Source: a virus
DNA length: 64,000 nucleotides
Reading direction: 5' to 3' (one strand)
IMG/VR virus record: IMGVR_UViG_3300045988_171772
Coordinates: 128,001-192,000 of that record
Shown: piece after piece, positions 18,704 through 27,885 of the stretch
Position numbering within the stretch: position 1 is the first letter of the stretch
Layout: every line of letters begins with the position of its first letter
Notes under the pieces: generated by a model
What the model saw: only the letters and a program-made list of their open reading frames with translations
Told to the model about the DNA's origin: nothing
Database searches by the model: none
Translations under genes and position numbers: made by a program

Positions 18704-19022
18704 CTATTCAAATAAACGCCCAAAGCACACACTGAAGGACTCATGTCTACAAGATAAGGTTGTCTCAACCTCGTGAGAGTGATCTGAGGATGAAAGATCT
18801 AGATTCATCATCGTTCCAATTGTTATGGGAAATCGGTCAATCACAGGAGGTACATATACTGGATGTTATTCCGAAAAGTATGAGGCACAGGCCTCTGAGA
18901 GATCCGTAGATTTTCATCCCGATACAATTTTGCTCTCCTATTTGTATGAGTTGATTCCAGAGGGCTATAGGATCGTTTAAACCTTAGTACCTAAGGATCG
19001 TATGATATTCTTATTTATTATG

Positions 19023-19436
19023 TTACTCGGATTTCTTAAAGCCATGATAAGCAGTCTGAAGAAGGAATCCGAGAAGCTCCCAAATCTTATTCTTAGCATG
19101 TTCGAGATTGATCCCTTCACCAATCTCCATGCTATAATTCTTAGGATCTACACAGGAAGAAGATTCAGTGATGATGAAGCCATTCTTCAGAGTAATCTGT
19201 GTAACTGTAGTCTTTTCTCCCATGGTCATAGACTCCACCTTATCAATGAAGTCATCAACCATCTGCTGACCAATGGATACACCACTCGGAAGATCCTTAT
19301 TGTCATTGACCTCAATATAAACCTTATTAAAGAGATCTTTCGGACAATAAGCTTCCATATCATCTTTATGATAGACGCGGTATCCGTCACCAGATTCTTC
19401 AGCTTCTACCAATTCGCAGACAATATACTTTTTCAT
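19023..19436 (-). CDS. N4 gp49 / Sf6 gp66-family-like protein (from memory)
   Basis: AGAAGGAGA SD before ATG at 19436. Pattern EESGDGYRVYHKDDMEAYCPKDLF ... NGFIITESSSCV ... AKNKIWELLGF. Confidence 0.6.
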   Translation of the reverse strand: MKKYIVCELVEAEESGDGYRVYHKDDMEAYCPKDLFNKVYIEVNDNKDLPSGVSIGQQMVDDFIDKVESMTMGEKTTVTQITLKNGFIITESSSCVDPKNYSMEIGEGINLEHAKNKIWELLGFLLQTAYHGFKKSE

Positions 19437-19576
19437 AGTTAATATTCTCCTTCTTTCTATAGGAAGTATAGACAGAATCTTTAATCGTCTTGTTAGTCTA
19501 TATATTATTCTTAAGAGAAAGGAGCATTCCAAGAGTGCTTTTCTTGAATCGGAATCAATCTAAGGAGAGAATCAAA

Positions 19577-20131
19577 ATGATGTACTATGTCTCTATGAAG
19601 GAGTCTATCGGAGGTCCTTCTTCGAGAATTATTGCCATGCATGAAAAAGAGAAATACATTGAAGGCTTTGTCAATACCTTCTTTCGAGGATCCAAGTGTT
19701 ATGAGATCTCCTGTGTAACCAATGCAGAGAAAGATCCGGATCTCTATTCCATCGTCCGTATTGATAAGAAGGAAGGATTCTATCTTCCAATGTGGATGAT
19801 CAAATATATGGAAGACGAATATGACAGAATGACAAGAGGTCTTGTCACATCGATGTCTACTATGTATACTCTGTGTAAGAATAATGGAGATACCGTGGGT
19901 ATGTCTCATCTTACCTCTATGAGAGATTACTTCTTCTCTAAGAATCCAAGTGATGATGAGGAATCTCTCAAAGAGAAATACTTCAATGCCTATCTGAGAA
20001 TGCATTGGATCGCCATAGTCCCCTATGATAAGAGAAAGTTTGAAGTATTGGAGAATATCTTGACCTCTATGGAATATATGCACGAAACGGATATTTTCAG
20101 TAGAATGAGGTTGGATCTCGACTACACCTGA
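19577..20131 (+). CDS. hypothetical protein (184 aa)
   Basis: ATG at 19577 follows TAAGGAGAG. Confidence 0.7.
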   Translation: MMYYVSMKESIGGPSSRIIAMHEKEKYIEGFVNTFFRGSKCYEISCVTNAEKDPDLYSIVRIDKKEGFYLPMWMIKYMEDEYDRMTRGLVTSMSTMYTLCKNNGDTVGMSHLTSMRDYFFSKNPSDDEESLKEKYFNAYLRMHWIAIVPYDKRKFEVLENILTSMEYMHETDIFSRMRLDLDYT

Positions 20132-20242
20132 TCTTCAAACAGAAAAGTAAATGATAGGGTCTTCGAAATTCATAAGCATCTTATCATGATCTTTATATCG
20201 TTTCCGATCCGCATGGGACTCGGAAAGAAAGGGGAGATACAT

Positions 20243-20680
20243 ATGGCTGAAAATGCAGCAACGCTAAAGTGTATCAGAACACAGGTCCTCAAATTTCAAA
20301 GTAACTGGTATGTAAAGTTTGCATTCCCAGCTTTATATGCCGAAATGCTGATCTTCATCGTCTATATGATGGTATCAGGTTACTTTAAAAATGCGGGACT
20401 CGGATTCACAAGTGCTTCGTTTGTAGTTGCTTTGGCAATCGTCGTCACCATTGCATACATTCAGATGAAGAAACTGAATGTCAAGCTGACACAGATCCGG
20501 TATCTCGTTTTCGATGCAGACATTTATGAAAAGAAAGAATGGAATGAGGAAGAGCGATCTTCTGCTATTGAATATGTGAAAGACTCTCAGCAATATCTTC
20601 GCATTTGCGTTGTCGCTTACATATTCTCTATCGTCAATCTTTTCACCCTTAGCGTTCTCATTTCCAGTGCTATCTCTTGA
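20243..20680 (+). CDS. membrane protein (about 3 TM segments)
   Basis: ATG at 20243 follows AAAGGGGAG; hydrophobic segments. Confidence 0.65.
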   Translation: MAENAATLKCIRTQVLKFQSNWYVKFAFPALYAEMLIFIVYMMVSGYFKNAGLGFTSASFVVALAIVVTIAYIQMKKLNVKLTQIRYLVFDADIYEKKEWNEEERSSAIEYVKDSQQYLRICVVAYIFSIVNLFTLSVLISSAIS

Positions 20681-20784
20681 CCGACACAAATAAGAAGAAG
20701 GTAGGGTCTAATTACGTCCCAAATTGAACCGAGTTAATCATCTTATAGGAGGGATGCAACATGGCTCTACAAAATAAATCAATG

Positions 20785-20831
20785 CCCACTATACTTGGAG
20801 GATAGAAACCAAGTATAGTGGGAATCTTTTC
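20785..20831. terminator. terminator hairpin (CCCACTATACTTGG / CCAAGTATAGTGGG)
   Basis: 14-bp stem followed by AATCTTTTCTC. Confidence 0.55.
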
Positions 20832-20887
20832 TCTATATAAAACCATAGAGTGAAAATCAAAGGTAGAAGTATTAAAAATTGGGTTGG

Positions 20888-21520
20888 TCAGTGTTTTGTA
20901 TCAGGATTATACTGAGTACATACACTCTGAATGGCTTTGACTGTGATATTTGAATTCTTGGGCAATTTCCAATAATTCGGATTTTCAGTGGAGATTCTCT
21001 CAAGAGTTCTGGGATCTCTGGAGAATGAAAATTTCTTTCGAGTCAAGCCATATTCTTTTTGCTCTAAGAATCCCATGACGACATTCATAGGAATGATTGG
21101 ATTATTTAAGAAATAGTCATTCAGGTATTCATTGAGTTTGCTTTTGTATTTGTATAAAGCCATTGTGTTAAGAGATTTCGATGAGAATCTAGAAGGACAC
21201 ATGATCATACAGAGATCTCCTACATTTGGATTCATCGCCGGTATTTTATAGAGAAGGCAATAGTCGATCTGCATCAATCTCTGATCATATTTCAATGCGA
21301 CTTCAGTTCCCATCATGGATTCAAGAAACTGCTGTTTGGTAAGCTCTCCTCCAAGATATCCATACTCCAGGGAATAAGTAGGATATTTCGCCTTGATGAA
21401 AGCTCGCAATTCCTTGAATATCGCATTCCTGTCAAAAACCATATTGGCCGAATCGACAGGAGAGAATACAAGTTTTGTCCTACGATTGAGCGGTACGATT
21501 GACTGAGGGACTTGTGACAT
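20888..21520 (-). CDS. hypothetical protein (210 aa)
   Basis: AGGAGA SD upstream of ATG. Confidence 0.75.
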   Translation of the reverse strand: MSQVPQSIVPLNRRTKLVFSPVDSANMVFDRNAIFKELRAFIKAKYPTYSLEYGYLGGELTKQQFLESMMGTEVALKYDQRLMQIDYCLLYKIPAMNPNVGDLCMIMCPSRFSSKSLNTMALYKYKSKLNEYLNDYFLNNPIIPMNVVMGFLEQKEYGLTRKKFSFSRDPRTLERISTENPNYWKLPKNSNITVKAIQSVCTQYNPDTKH

Positions 21521-21638
21521 GAATTTACATCTCCTATCTCTTCTTCAGAGTTTTATGGAATTTAAGAATGCGTTATCTAGCTTTAAAAATCATTTAAACC
21601 CATATATTATAGGTTAAAGAAAGGGGATAAACAGAACC

Positions 21639-22802
21639 ATGGCAAAAGAAATCATGCTCTTCTTTCGAGATGGTACCTATAAGGTATATGGCGAAAATCA
21701 TATCTCTCAAATAACCGAAGAAGACCTCGGTAACTCTATGATGGCTCTGGTAGCTGTCAAGAGTTATGAAGCACAGCAATATCTTCCTGTGGATCCAGAC
21801 TATCTTATCACTCGTATGGAACCAGGAGAATTTCAATATTCACTAGAATACGATTCCATGTCCTCCGACTTAGATTCATCCTATAATGGAATCTTCCCAC
21901 TTCCTATTCATAAAGTGGATTTGATGAATGTCTTTGACTTCTATGATGCAATCTATTTCATTATGGAGATGGGATTTATCTTCGAGATGATGAATCCAGA
22001 TCGATTCGATGACTTTAGAGTCTTGGATGTAATGGAAGCACATATCGAAATACCAGATTCGAATCAAGGTCCAATTACCTTCCATAGTAAGATCAAAAAG
22101 ACCAAGGTGACGAATCCGAATAATCTCGTATGCGGAGAGATCTGTATTCATCTCTGTAAGAGATTTGGTATCATGAAAGAATTCAACAAGGTATCTCATA
22201 CCTGGATCAGAATCCAAGAGGATCACAAATGGGAATCTACTGAGACTCTGAATGAGAGGGTAAAGAAGGATACAGGGGTATCTTCTTTTCCTATCGATAC
22301 TGGGTCTCTTGTCTTCGCCAATGTCAATATGCTTAGACAATTGGAAGATGTAGATATCCCTATGTATACAGCCTATCTCTATGACAGGTCCATGTTACTT
22401 GGAGAAGGACCTCGGATTTCTAAATTGATCGATGATATGAATGCCGATCATTATGTGGATGATATCATCTGTGATGTCGTATCAGGATCTCTATTATCAA
22501 GATCTGGAGTCTTATCCTTTTTGATTGAGTTACCTATGCTGGATGAATGTTTTAAACTCACAATGGCATTGAATGACTTTACCAATTGTGCTGGAGTCTA
22601 TTATGAATTAACCAATCAGATTCAGAAGAAGATTCCAGATCCTATAGGAAATCCAAGAGGGCTCTTAAAATCAAAGGCCAAAACCAAATGGGTTTATGAC
22701 TTCGATGATGACAAAGATAGATCTATCTTGGGATCCTATCTGGATGAATATGAAAAGACATTGCGAGCTGGATTCCGAATCGATGACACGGCCCCATTCT
22801 AA
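21639..22802 (+). CDS. hypothetical protein (387 aa)
   Basis: AAAGGGGA SD upstream of ATG. Confidence 0.75.
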   Translation: MAKEIMLFFRDGTYKVYGENHISQITEEDLGNSMMALVAVKSYEAQQYLPVDPDYLITRMEPGEFQYSLEYDSMSSDLDSSYNGIFPLPIHKVDLMNVFDFYDAIYFIMEMGFIFEMMNPDRFDDFRVLDVMEAHIEIPDSNQGPITFHSKIKKTKVTNPNNLVCGEICIHLCKRFGIMKEFNKVSHTWIRIQEDHKWESTETLNERVKKDTGVSSFPIDTGSLVFANVNMLRQLEDVDIPMYTAYLYDRSMLLGEGPRISKLIDDMNADHYVDDIICDVVSGSLLSRSGVLSFLIELPMLDECFKLTMALNDFTNCAGVYYELTNQIQKKIPDPIGNPRGLLKSKAKTKWVYDFDDDKDRSILGSYLDEYEKTLRAGFRIDDTAPF

Positions 22803-22822
22803 TAAGAAAGGAGAAATCGAAT

Positions 22823-23788
22823 ATGTTTTGTATTGGAAGAGATGGAGAAGTCTATAGCTGTGATTCCTTCAAAGCTTTTTCTAATCCAGAAGCATCTTCT
22901 GCGATTGCTCTCTATGCTCAAGCTCCGGTTCCTGGTATCCGGAATATGTATATGAGATTCTATCCAAATTCCATCCGAGAAGTAGATCCTAAATCAAAGG
23001 ATTATCTTCTCGATTATGTGCCCAATGTCAAGGTACCTTCTTCCAAGTATACCTTGAGTCTCACCTCGGATAAGGACATTCCTCTTCAACTCAGAAGGGT
23101 ATTCCAGGTGATGTCTTATGAGGATTCCAATCTTCCTAAGAATCTTCCTAATACCATCAGCGATCTTCTCTATGTAGAGAATCTTCCTTCCTTCATTAAG
23201 GATATTCAGCGTTTCATGTTTGATGTCTTGGGAGAGGATACAATTGATCTCATTGATGCAGAGTATGACCATCCCTCTGGATGTACTCTCATCGATCCCT
23301 ATCAGTCTCCTGGTCATTCCAAACCATCTACAGAAAGACTCGGAGTATTCTATCGATTCGTACCTGTCTCCTATGATATTACCTGCACCAAAGGGTTTGG
23401 GTATATCATCCAGGATGACATGTATAAGTATATCGAAGATCTGGAAGGGAATTGGAAGATTATTATCTACTCCTATAGCAAGGAGAATCCTCCTGAGATT
23501 CTTGATGAGAATGATAACTATCAGGAGGTAGAAATCTGCGGATGGCAAGATCCCAGAAGTTTCTTTGATATTGCATATTACACTTCTATCTCTTGTAATC
23601 TTCTCAATCGTCTTACTCCTGCAAGAGAGTATCGAGCCACTGCTTCTTTTGGGGATAAGATTCCTGGTACGAGTTATGCCAGATACACCAGATGGTTTAG
23701 TACCAGTGGTAAATTTGATCAGAATGGAAATACAGATGTCTGCTTTGATTCGTTTGTAACATTACGGATGGCTGGACGAATTAAATAA
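22823..23788 (+). CDS. hypothetical protein (321 aa)
   Basis: AAAGGAGA SD upstream of ATG. Confidence 0.75.
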   Translation: MFCIGRDGEVYSCDSFKAFSNPEASSAIALYAQAPVPGIRNMYMRFYPNSIREVDPKSKDYLLDYVPNVKVPSSKYTLSLTSDKDIPLQLRRVFQVMSYEDSNLPKNLPNTISDLLYVENLPSFIKDIQRFMFDVLGEDTIDLIDAEYDHPSGCTLIDPYQSPGHSKPSTERLGVFYRFVPVSYDITCTKGFGYIIQDDMYKYIEDLEGNWKIIIYSYSKENPPEILDENDNYQEVEICGWQDPRSFFDIAYYTSISCNLLNRLTPAREYRATASFGDKIPGTSYARYTRWFSTSGKFDQNGNTDVCFDSFVTLRMAGRIK

Positions 23789-23809
23789 AAGGAGGGATCT
23801 GTATTCACT

Positions 23810-23965
23810 ATGAAGATCAAACTAGACGACATTGGAGAAAAAGCTTTGGAGAATGCTCTGGAAAGAGTAAACTCTGGTAGGCTGGATCCCTCTCTAAGAA
23901 AAAAGAATGAAGAACCTGAGTCTATGACTCAATATAAGAGAGGAGACAAAGACAATGCCGATTAA
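23810..23965 (+). CDS. possible 51-aa protein (MKIKLDDIGEKALENALERV...)
   Basis: AGGAGGGA SD about 10 nt upstream; its stop overlaps the next start (ATGCCGATTAA). Confidence 0.5.
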   Translation: MKIKLDDIGEKALENALERVNSGRLDPSLRKKNEEPESMTQYKRGDKDNAD

Positions 23966-24458
23966 TCCGAATACCCGCTATTATGTCGAAGCACAAACCT
24001 TACAGATCGCTTATAACAAATGCACCGATATGATGCAGAAGTGTGTCTCTTCCATGAAGAGAATTCTCATCTCATCAATCATCACAGGTGTATTGACGAT
24101 GATCATCTGGATTGCTTCGATCATCATTTGTGGATTCTCTTTCAATCATGCAGTCTTTCTCATTACATTCCTTCTAGAAGTAGGAATCATGATTCTCTAT
24201 GGGAGAGACTCTAAGAATATTGCAATCAATCCTGATATGAATGAGAATGTCCAAAATATTCTCTATGGGGATAAGTATGCAATCTCCGAAGTCAATCCTG
24301 AGGAGCTCCACAATATCACCAACAAACTCACTCTCAATACAGGGGTCATGCAATCCTATATCAAGGGATTTAATACCATTCATATCATGATGGAGCTCAT
24401 CTGTATTACCAACTCCGCTTCATTCTTTGCAAGAATCATTATTCATTTCATTGGATAA
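23955..24458 (+). CDS. membrane protein (167 aa)
   Basis: Translationally coupled start; two or more hydrophobic helices. Confidence 0.7.
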   Translation: MPINPNTRYYVEAQTLQIAYNKCTDMMQKCVSSMKRILISSIITGVLTMIIWIASIIICGFSFNHAVFLITFLLEVGIMILYGRDSKNIAINPDMNENVQNILYGDKYAISEVNPEELHNITNKLTLNTGVMQSYIKGFNTIHIMMELICITNSASFFARIIIHFIG

Positions 24459-24472
24459 AAAGAGGTGATCCT

Positions 24473-25114
24473 ATGATCGACATGAGAAAATCTGTCTATG
24501 ATGCCATTCACACCGTTACCATGGAAGATCCTCTCTATGATTGTCTTCCTAGACTGGTAGATGGTGAGCAGGATGTCATCTATACCATTCAGAGAATTCC
24601 TCCGAGGTCTCATACCGAGATTATTGATCGGAAAAAGGTAACCGTTGAAGACTCTGCTGCAAAGCTTCGTATCTTCCTCATCTTTGATATCAACAACCAG
24701 CTGGTACAGGATTGCATCACCAAAGGAAGATGCAAGATCCATAAGTATGATACTCTTGTCGTGGTTGGAATGGATGAGAATTACCATATGGATGCAACGG
24801 TGGAATTCTATCTGGATCTCATTCGTCCCATTCAACCCTATACTGTCAATACGGAGTTTCTCACTGGAAGAGGATATGGCAATGCCGTTACCACCATGAC
24901 ATTCCTCTCCTATGATACCATGCTCAATATGAACATGACAACTCCGAAGATTGACAAAGAGATCACTGACATCAAGCTCATTGGTGGAATGACAAAAGAA
25001 GAAGTCACTCACTATGATACCTATAACAAGAAAAAGACTGTCACTCTGGTAGATCGAGAAGTGACTGGTCTTCTCTCTAAGATTGATGATCGTCTGATCC
25101 ATTACGGCAAATAA
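24473..25114 (+). CDS. hypothetical protein (213 aa)
   Basis: AGAGGTGA SD upstream of ATG. Confidence 0.75.
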   Translation: MIDMRKSVYDAIHTVTMEDPLYDCLPRLVDGEQDVIYTIQRIPPRSHTEIIDRKKVTVEDSAAKLRIFLIFDINNQLVQDCITKGRCKIHKYDTLVVVGMDENYHMDATVEFYLDLIRPIQPYTVNTEFLTGRGYGNAVTTMTFLSYDTMLNMNMTTPKIDKEITDIKLIGGMTKEEVTHYDTYNKKKTVTLVDREVTGLLSKIDDRLIHYGK

Positions 25115-25118
25115 AACT

Positions 25119-25168
25119 GGCATAGTGTATACGTAATATCATCATACGTATACACTATGCCATTCTTT
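25119..25168. terminator. bidirectional terminator (GGCATAGTGTATACGTA / TACGTATACACTATGCC)
   Basis: 17-bp stem between convergent genes with a T-run. Confidence 0.65.
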
Positions 25169-25522
25169 TTATCCTTGAGCATTCCTTTCTTCTAAGATAT
25201 CAAGAGCTTCCTTACAGATAGATCGAAGCACTGCACTGGTCATGGAGATATAGCATCCCTTCATTTTGATTCTCTTCAGAGCATCATTGATAAGTTGCTT
25301 TATAAATTCGAGATCGATAGTGACAAACTTATCCAGTCTGATTTCCTCTTTGACCAATCCATAGATCTCGACATGCCAAGAGATCTTCACCTTATGGACA
25401 CTGAAGTAGATGCATCCATCCGGCCACATAGATTTACTTACATCATCGTCGATCGTATAGACACGATATCCATCTTCAGGCTTCTCTTGAGCCCGAAGAT
25501 ATAACATGAATCTCTTGGCCAT
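25169..25522 (-). CDS. hypothetical protein (117 aa)
   Basis: GGAGGA SD upstream of ATG. Confidence 0.7.
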   Translation of the reverse strand: MAKRFMLYLRAQEKPEDGYRVYTIDDDVSKSMWPDGCIYFSVHKVKISWHVEIYGLVKEEIRLDKFVTIDLEFIKQLINDALKRIKMKGCYISMTSAVLRSICKEALDILEERNAQG

Positions 25523-25525
25523 TTC

Positions 25526-25951
25526 TTAGATTTCCTCCTCGAGACTATTGGCACTCTCATCAATGCCAATCTTAGACGTGAGATAGTTTCGTACCATCTC
25601 AGAGATCATCAGAGCGATGGCCTCCTCTGTCATATACATAGATGCCTTCTCATAGAATTCATCCGACAGACACCTGATACACTTCCCAGACAATTCTTCA
25701 TAGTAATTGTCAAAGGAGGTATTATTCAGCTTAGGTCCAGCCTCTCTGAAACGATTATTGTCATAAATGTAAAATTGGAGATTGCATACACTTGTGATGG
25801 TGGATGCAATCTCCTCCATAGTAAAGAATTTGGTCTTACGCTTATACCGAGCATAAGGACCTCCAATAAAGTAGGTCAGCATCATAAAGATGAGACCCAC
25901 TGTCAGCAGTATACAGAGAATGATCCCAAGAAAAATAAGAAGCAGATTCAT
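25526..25951 (-). CDS. hypothetical protein with N-terminal TM anchor (141 aa)
   Basis: AAAGGAGGA SD; N-terminal hydrophobic helix. Confidence 0.7.
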   Translation of the reverse strand: MNLLLIFLGIILCILLTVGLIFMMLTYFIGGPYARYKRKTKFFTMEEIASTITSVCNLQFYIYDNNRFREAGPKLNNTSFDNYYEELSGKCIRCLSDEFYEKASMYMTEEAIALMISEMVRNYLTSKIGIDESANSLEEEI

Positions 25952-26074
25952 CTTGACTGAATCCTCCTTTCAAATTAAACGGAAGTTTTTTGATATAGAA
26001 TATAATATGAGCTTCATATTGCGGGCGAAATTAACAAGTCTGTAAAATACACATGAATCGAGGGGTTTAGACGT

Positions 26075-26725
26075 ATGAATCTTCCTAATATTGAATTTAC
26101 GGGAGATTATGCGAAGTTTATTGAGAATGCAGAAGACCCGAATGAGTGCATCTCTTTTTATAAGGATGCAGAGTATTTCGAAGATCAGACGACCTACAAT
26201 CGATTCGTCAAATCAGTAGAAACTATGGTTCGGACTTCGGATGATTATAAGGCATTCATTCGTTGGGTAAAGAATACCGTAGGCATCAACTTCTGTCAGG
26301 TATCTTCTAACATTGTGGAGTTTGACACCACTGGTGGGAAAGATACTTTGATTGAGATGCATCATGGTCCTCTATTTACTCTGTATGACTATGTCAGCAT
26401 CATCCTCAATAAGTATATTGACAATAGACTTCCTATCTCCACATTCGTGATTACCAATGAAGTCATTGAAGAACATTTCAAACTGCATGTGCAGGTGGTT
26501 ATGCTCACGAAGACCAATCATGAGGGTGTCCATAACAGAGATATCTTCCTGAATCTCAAACAAGGTCTTGGAGATATTGGAGCTTTCATCAAAGAATATG
26601 CTCCATATCTTACAGATGATCAGAAGTATCGCATTGCTCGTTATATTCTTCTCTGCAAAGAGAATGATAGTTATGACAATGGGCTTCTGGATGTCGATTC
26701 GATTGCACCTCTGATTGCAACATAA
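26075..26725 (+). CDS. hypothetical protein; His-rich motifs (EMHHGP ... TNHEGVHN) faintly HNH/His-Me-like
   Basis: GAGGGG SD; the motif resemblance is weak and unverified. Confidence 0.6.
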   Translation: MNLPNIEFTGDYAKFIENAEDPNECISFYKDAEYFEDQTTYNRFVKSVETMVRTSDDYKAFIRWVKNTVGINFCQVSSNIVEFDTTGGKDTLIEMHHGPLFTLYDYVSIILNKYIDNRLPISTFVITNEVIEEHFKLHVQVVMLTKTNHEGVHNRDIFLNLKQGLGDIGAFIKEYAPYLTDDQKYRIARYILLCKENDSYDNGLLDVDSIAPLIAT

Positions 26726-26735
26726 TCAAATACTC

Positions 26736-26788
26736 AATCCTACATGGGAATAACTATTTGAATCCCCATGTAGGATTTTTCTTTTTTC
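26736..26788 (+). terminator. intrinsic terminator (AATCCTACATGGG / CCCATGTAGGATT)
   Basis: 13-bp stem followed by TTTTCTTTTTTCTC. Confidence 0.65.
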
Positions 26789-26831
26789 TCATTCTAGAAA
26801 TCTCGGTAAAGGGTGGTGACAGCATTCTATT

Positions 26832-27131
26832 ATGAGAAGACATCGTGGTTCCCGCAGAAAGAGGAAGACCTCTGTTTCCTTTCGTTTTGGAGTGGATCAG
26901 ACTCCTGGGTGGATGAATGATTTTATTCGGAGCAAGTATGTGATTCCTTGCTCTGCTAAAATCTTCGGTCCCAATAACCGCAAGATTCAGCAAAAGTGGT
27001 TATTCATTGAAAATGGAAGAAAGCAATTGGCTTCCAAGGGTGATATCGTCACTCTTACGAGACAAGGCACACTCGAAGTCAAGTATGCCAATAAGAAATA
27101 CTCTGATTTCGAGTATGGCTATGTAGACTAA
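26832..27131 (+). CDS. hypothetical basic protein (99 aa)
   Basis: ORF with GGGTGGTGA upstream and a terminator downstream. Confidence 0.6.
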   Translation: MRRHRGSRRKRKTSVSFRFGVDQTPGWMNDFIRSKYVIPCSAKIFGPNNRKIQQKWLFIENGRKQLASKGDIVTLTRQGTLEVKYANKKYSDFEYGYVD

Positions 27132-27138
27132 AACCTAA

Positions 27139-27182
27139 AAAGAGTTATACCATATGATTTTCCTATATGGTATAACTCTTTT
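27139..27182. terminator. bidirectional terminator (AAAGAGTTATACCATAT / ATATGGTATAACTCTTT)
   Basis: 17-bp stem between convergent genes. Confidence 0.65.
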
Positions 27183-27201
27183 ATCGGTATTTGAAGTATT
27201 A

Positions 27202-27711
27202 CTACTTTTCTTTGGTATTCTCTTTATCCTCTACTTTATCATCAGTAGATTCTTTCTCATCCTGGTCTGACTCTGCATTCTCATCATCCTTCTCGGCTTC
27301 TTTGCCAATAGCTGATACAAACGCGCTTCCAAGACCAGTGCTATTCTTCGCAATGAACTCTTTGCACATAGTGGATACAAAGGTACTGTGCGTAATGGCA
27401 GAAATAATGCTTCGTGATAAGATTCCACCAATGAATCCGATCACGATAGACAAACCTTCATTCCTCAGGTTATCAGAGACTCCAAGGAGATCGATGGCCA
27501 TAACAATGAAGGTGACAATCATTGACGAGAGTAGAATCAAACTTTTGCTCACTTTGATGACCTTCTCGCCACGAAGCTTACTCACCTTATCAATTGCAAT
27601 AGAGCCCAGCAAGCATGGTATAAAGATAGGAATATAGTTGAGAATGAAATGGATGTAGATATGAAGATATCGAAAATCCTCTTTGGTCAATCCTAATATC
27701 TCTTCGGGCAC
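27202..27711 (-). CDS. holin-like membrane protein (multi-TM, highly charged C-terminal tail)
   Basis: GTG start 6 nt after GGAGGA; 3-4 hydrophobic helices followed by a KEAEKDDENAESDQDE... tail; divergent neighbour of the endolysin. Confidence 0.5.
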   Translation of the reverse strand: MPEEILGLTKEDFRYLHIYIHFILNYIPIFIPCLLGSIAIDKVSKLRGEKVIKVSKSLILLSSMIVTFIVMAIDLLGVSDNLRNEGLSIVIGFIGGILSRSIISAITHSTFVSTMCKEFIAKNSTGLGSAFVSAIGKEAEKDDENAESDQDEKESTDDKVEDKENTKEK

Positions 27712-27885
27712 CTTCGATCCTCCTTTCTCTCAAACACCGTTATCTTCATGTTTTTGGCCTATCTGGGCTGGATTCAGGCTTGTACTGATTAAAAGGTATC
27801 TGGAAACCTATTCATAATACCGCTACGATTAACCATATGCGTCAACCGATTCAACGAAATCTTTTGCAGAAAGGAGAGATTTCTT

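Noticed and set aside
18781-18799. CUGAGGAUGAAA resembling hammerhead core boxes (CUGANGA ... GAAA)
   Set aside because: There is no stem II between the two boxes. It is just a GATC/GATC hairpin loop.
26754-26993. 79-aa minus-strand ORF
   Set aside because: It is antisense to 26832..27131 and runs into the terminator at 26736-26788, with no SD.
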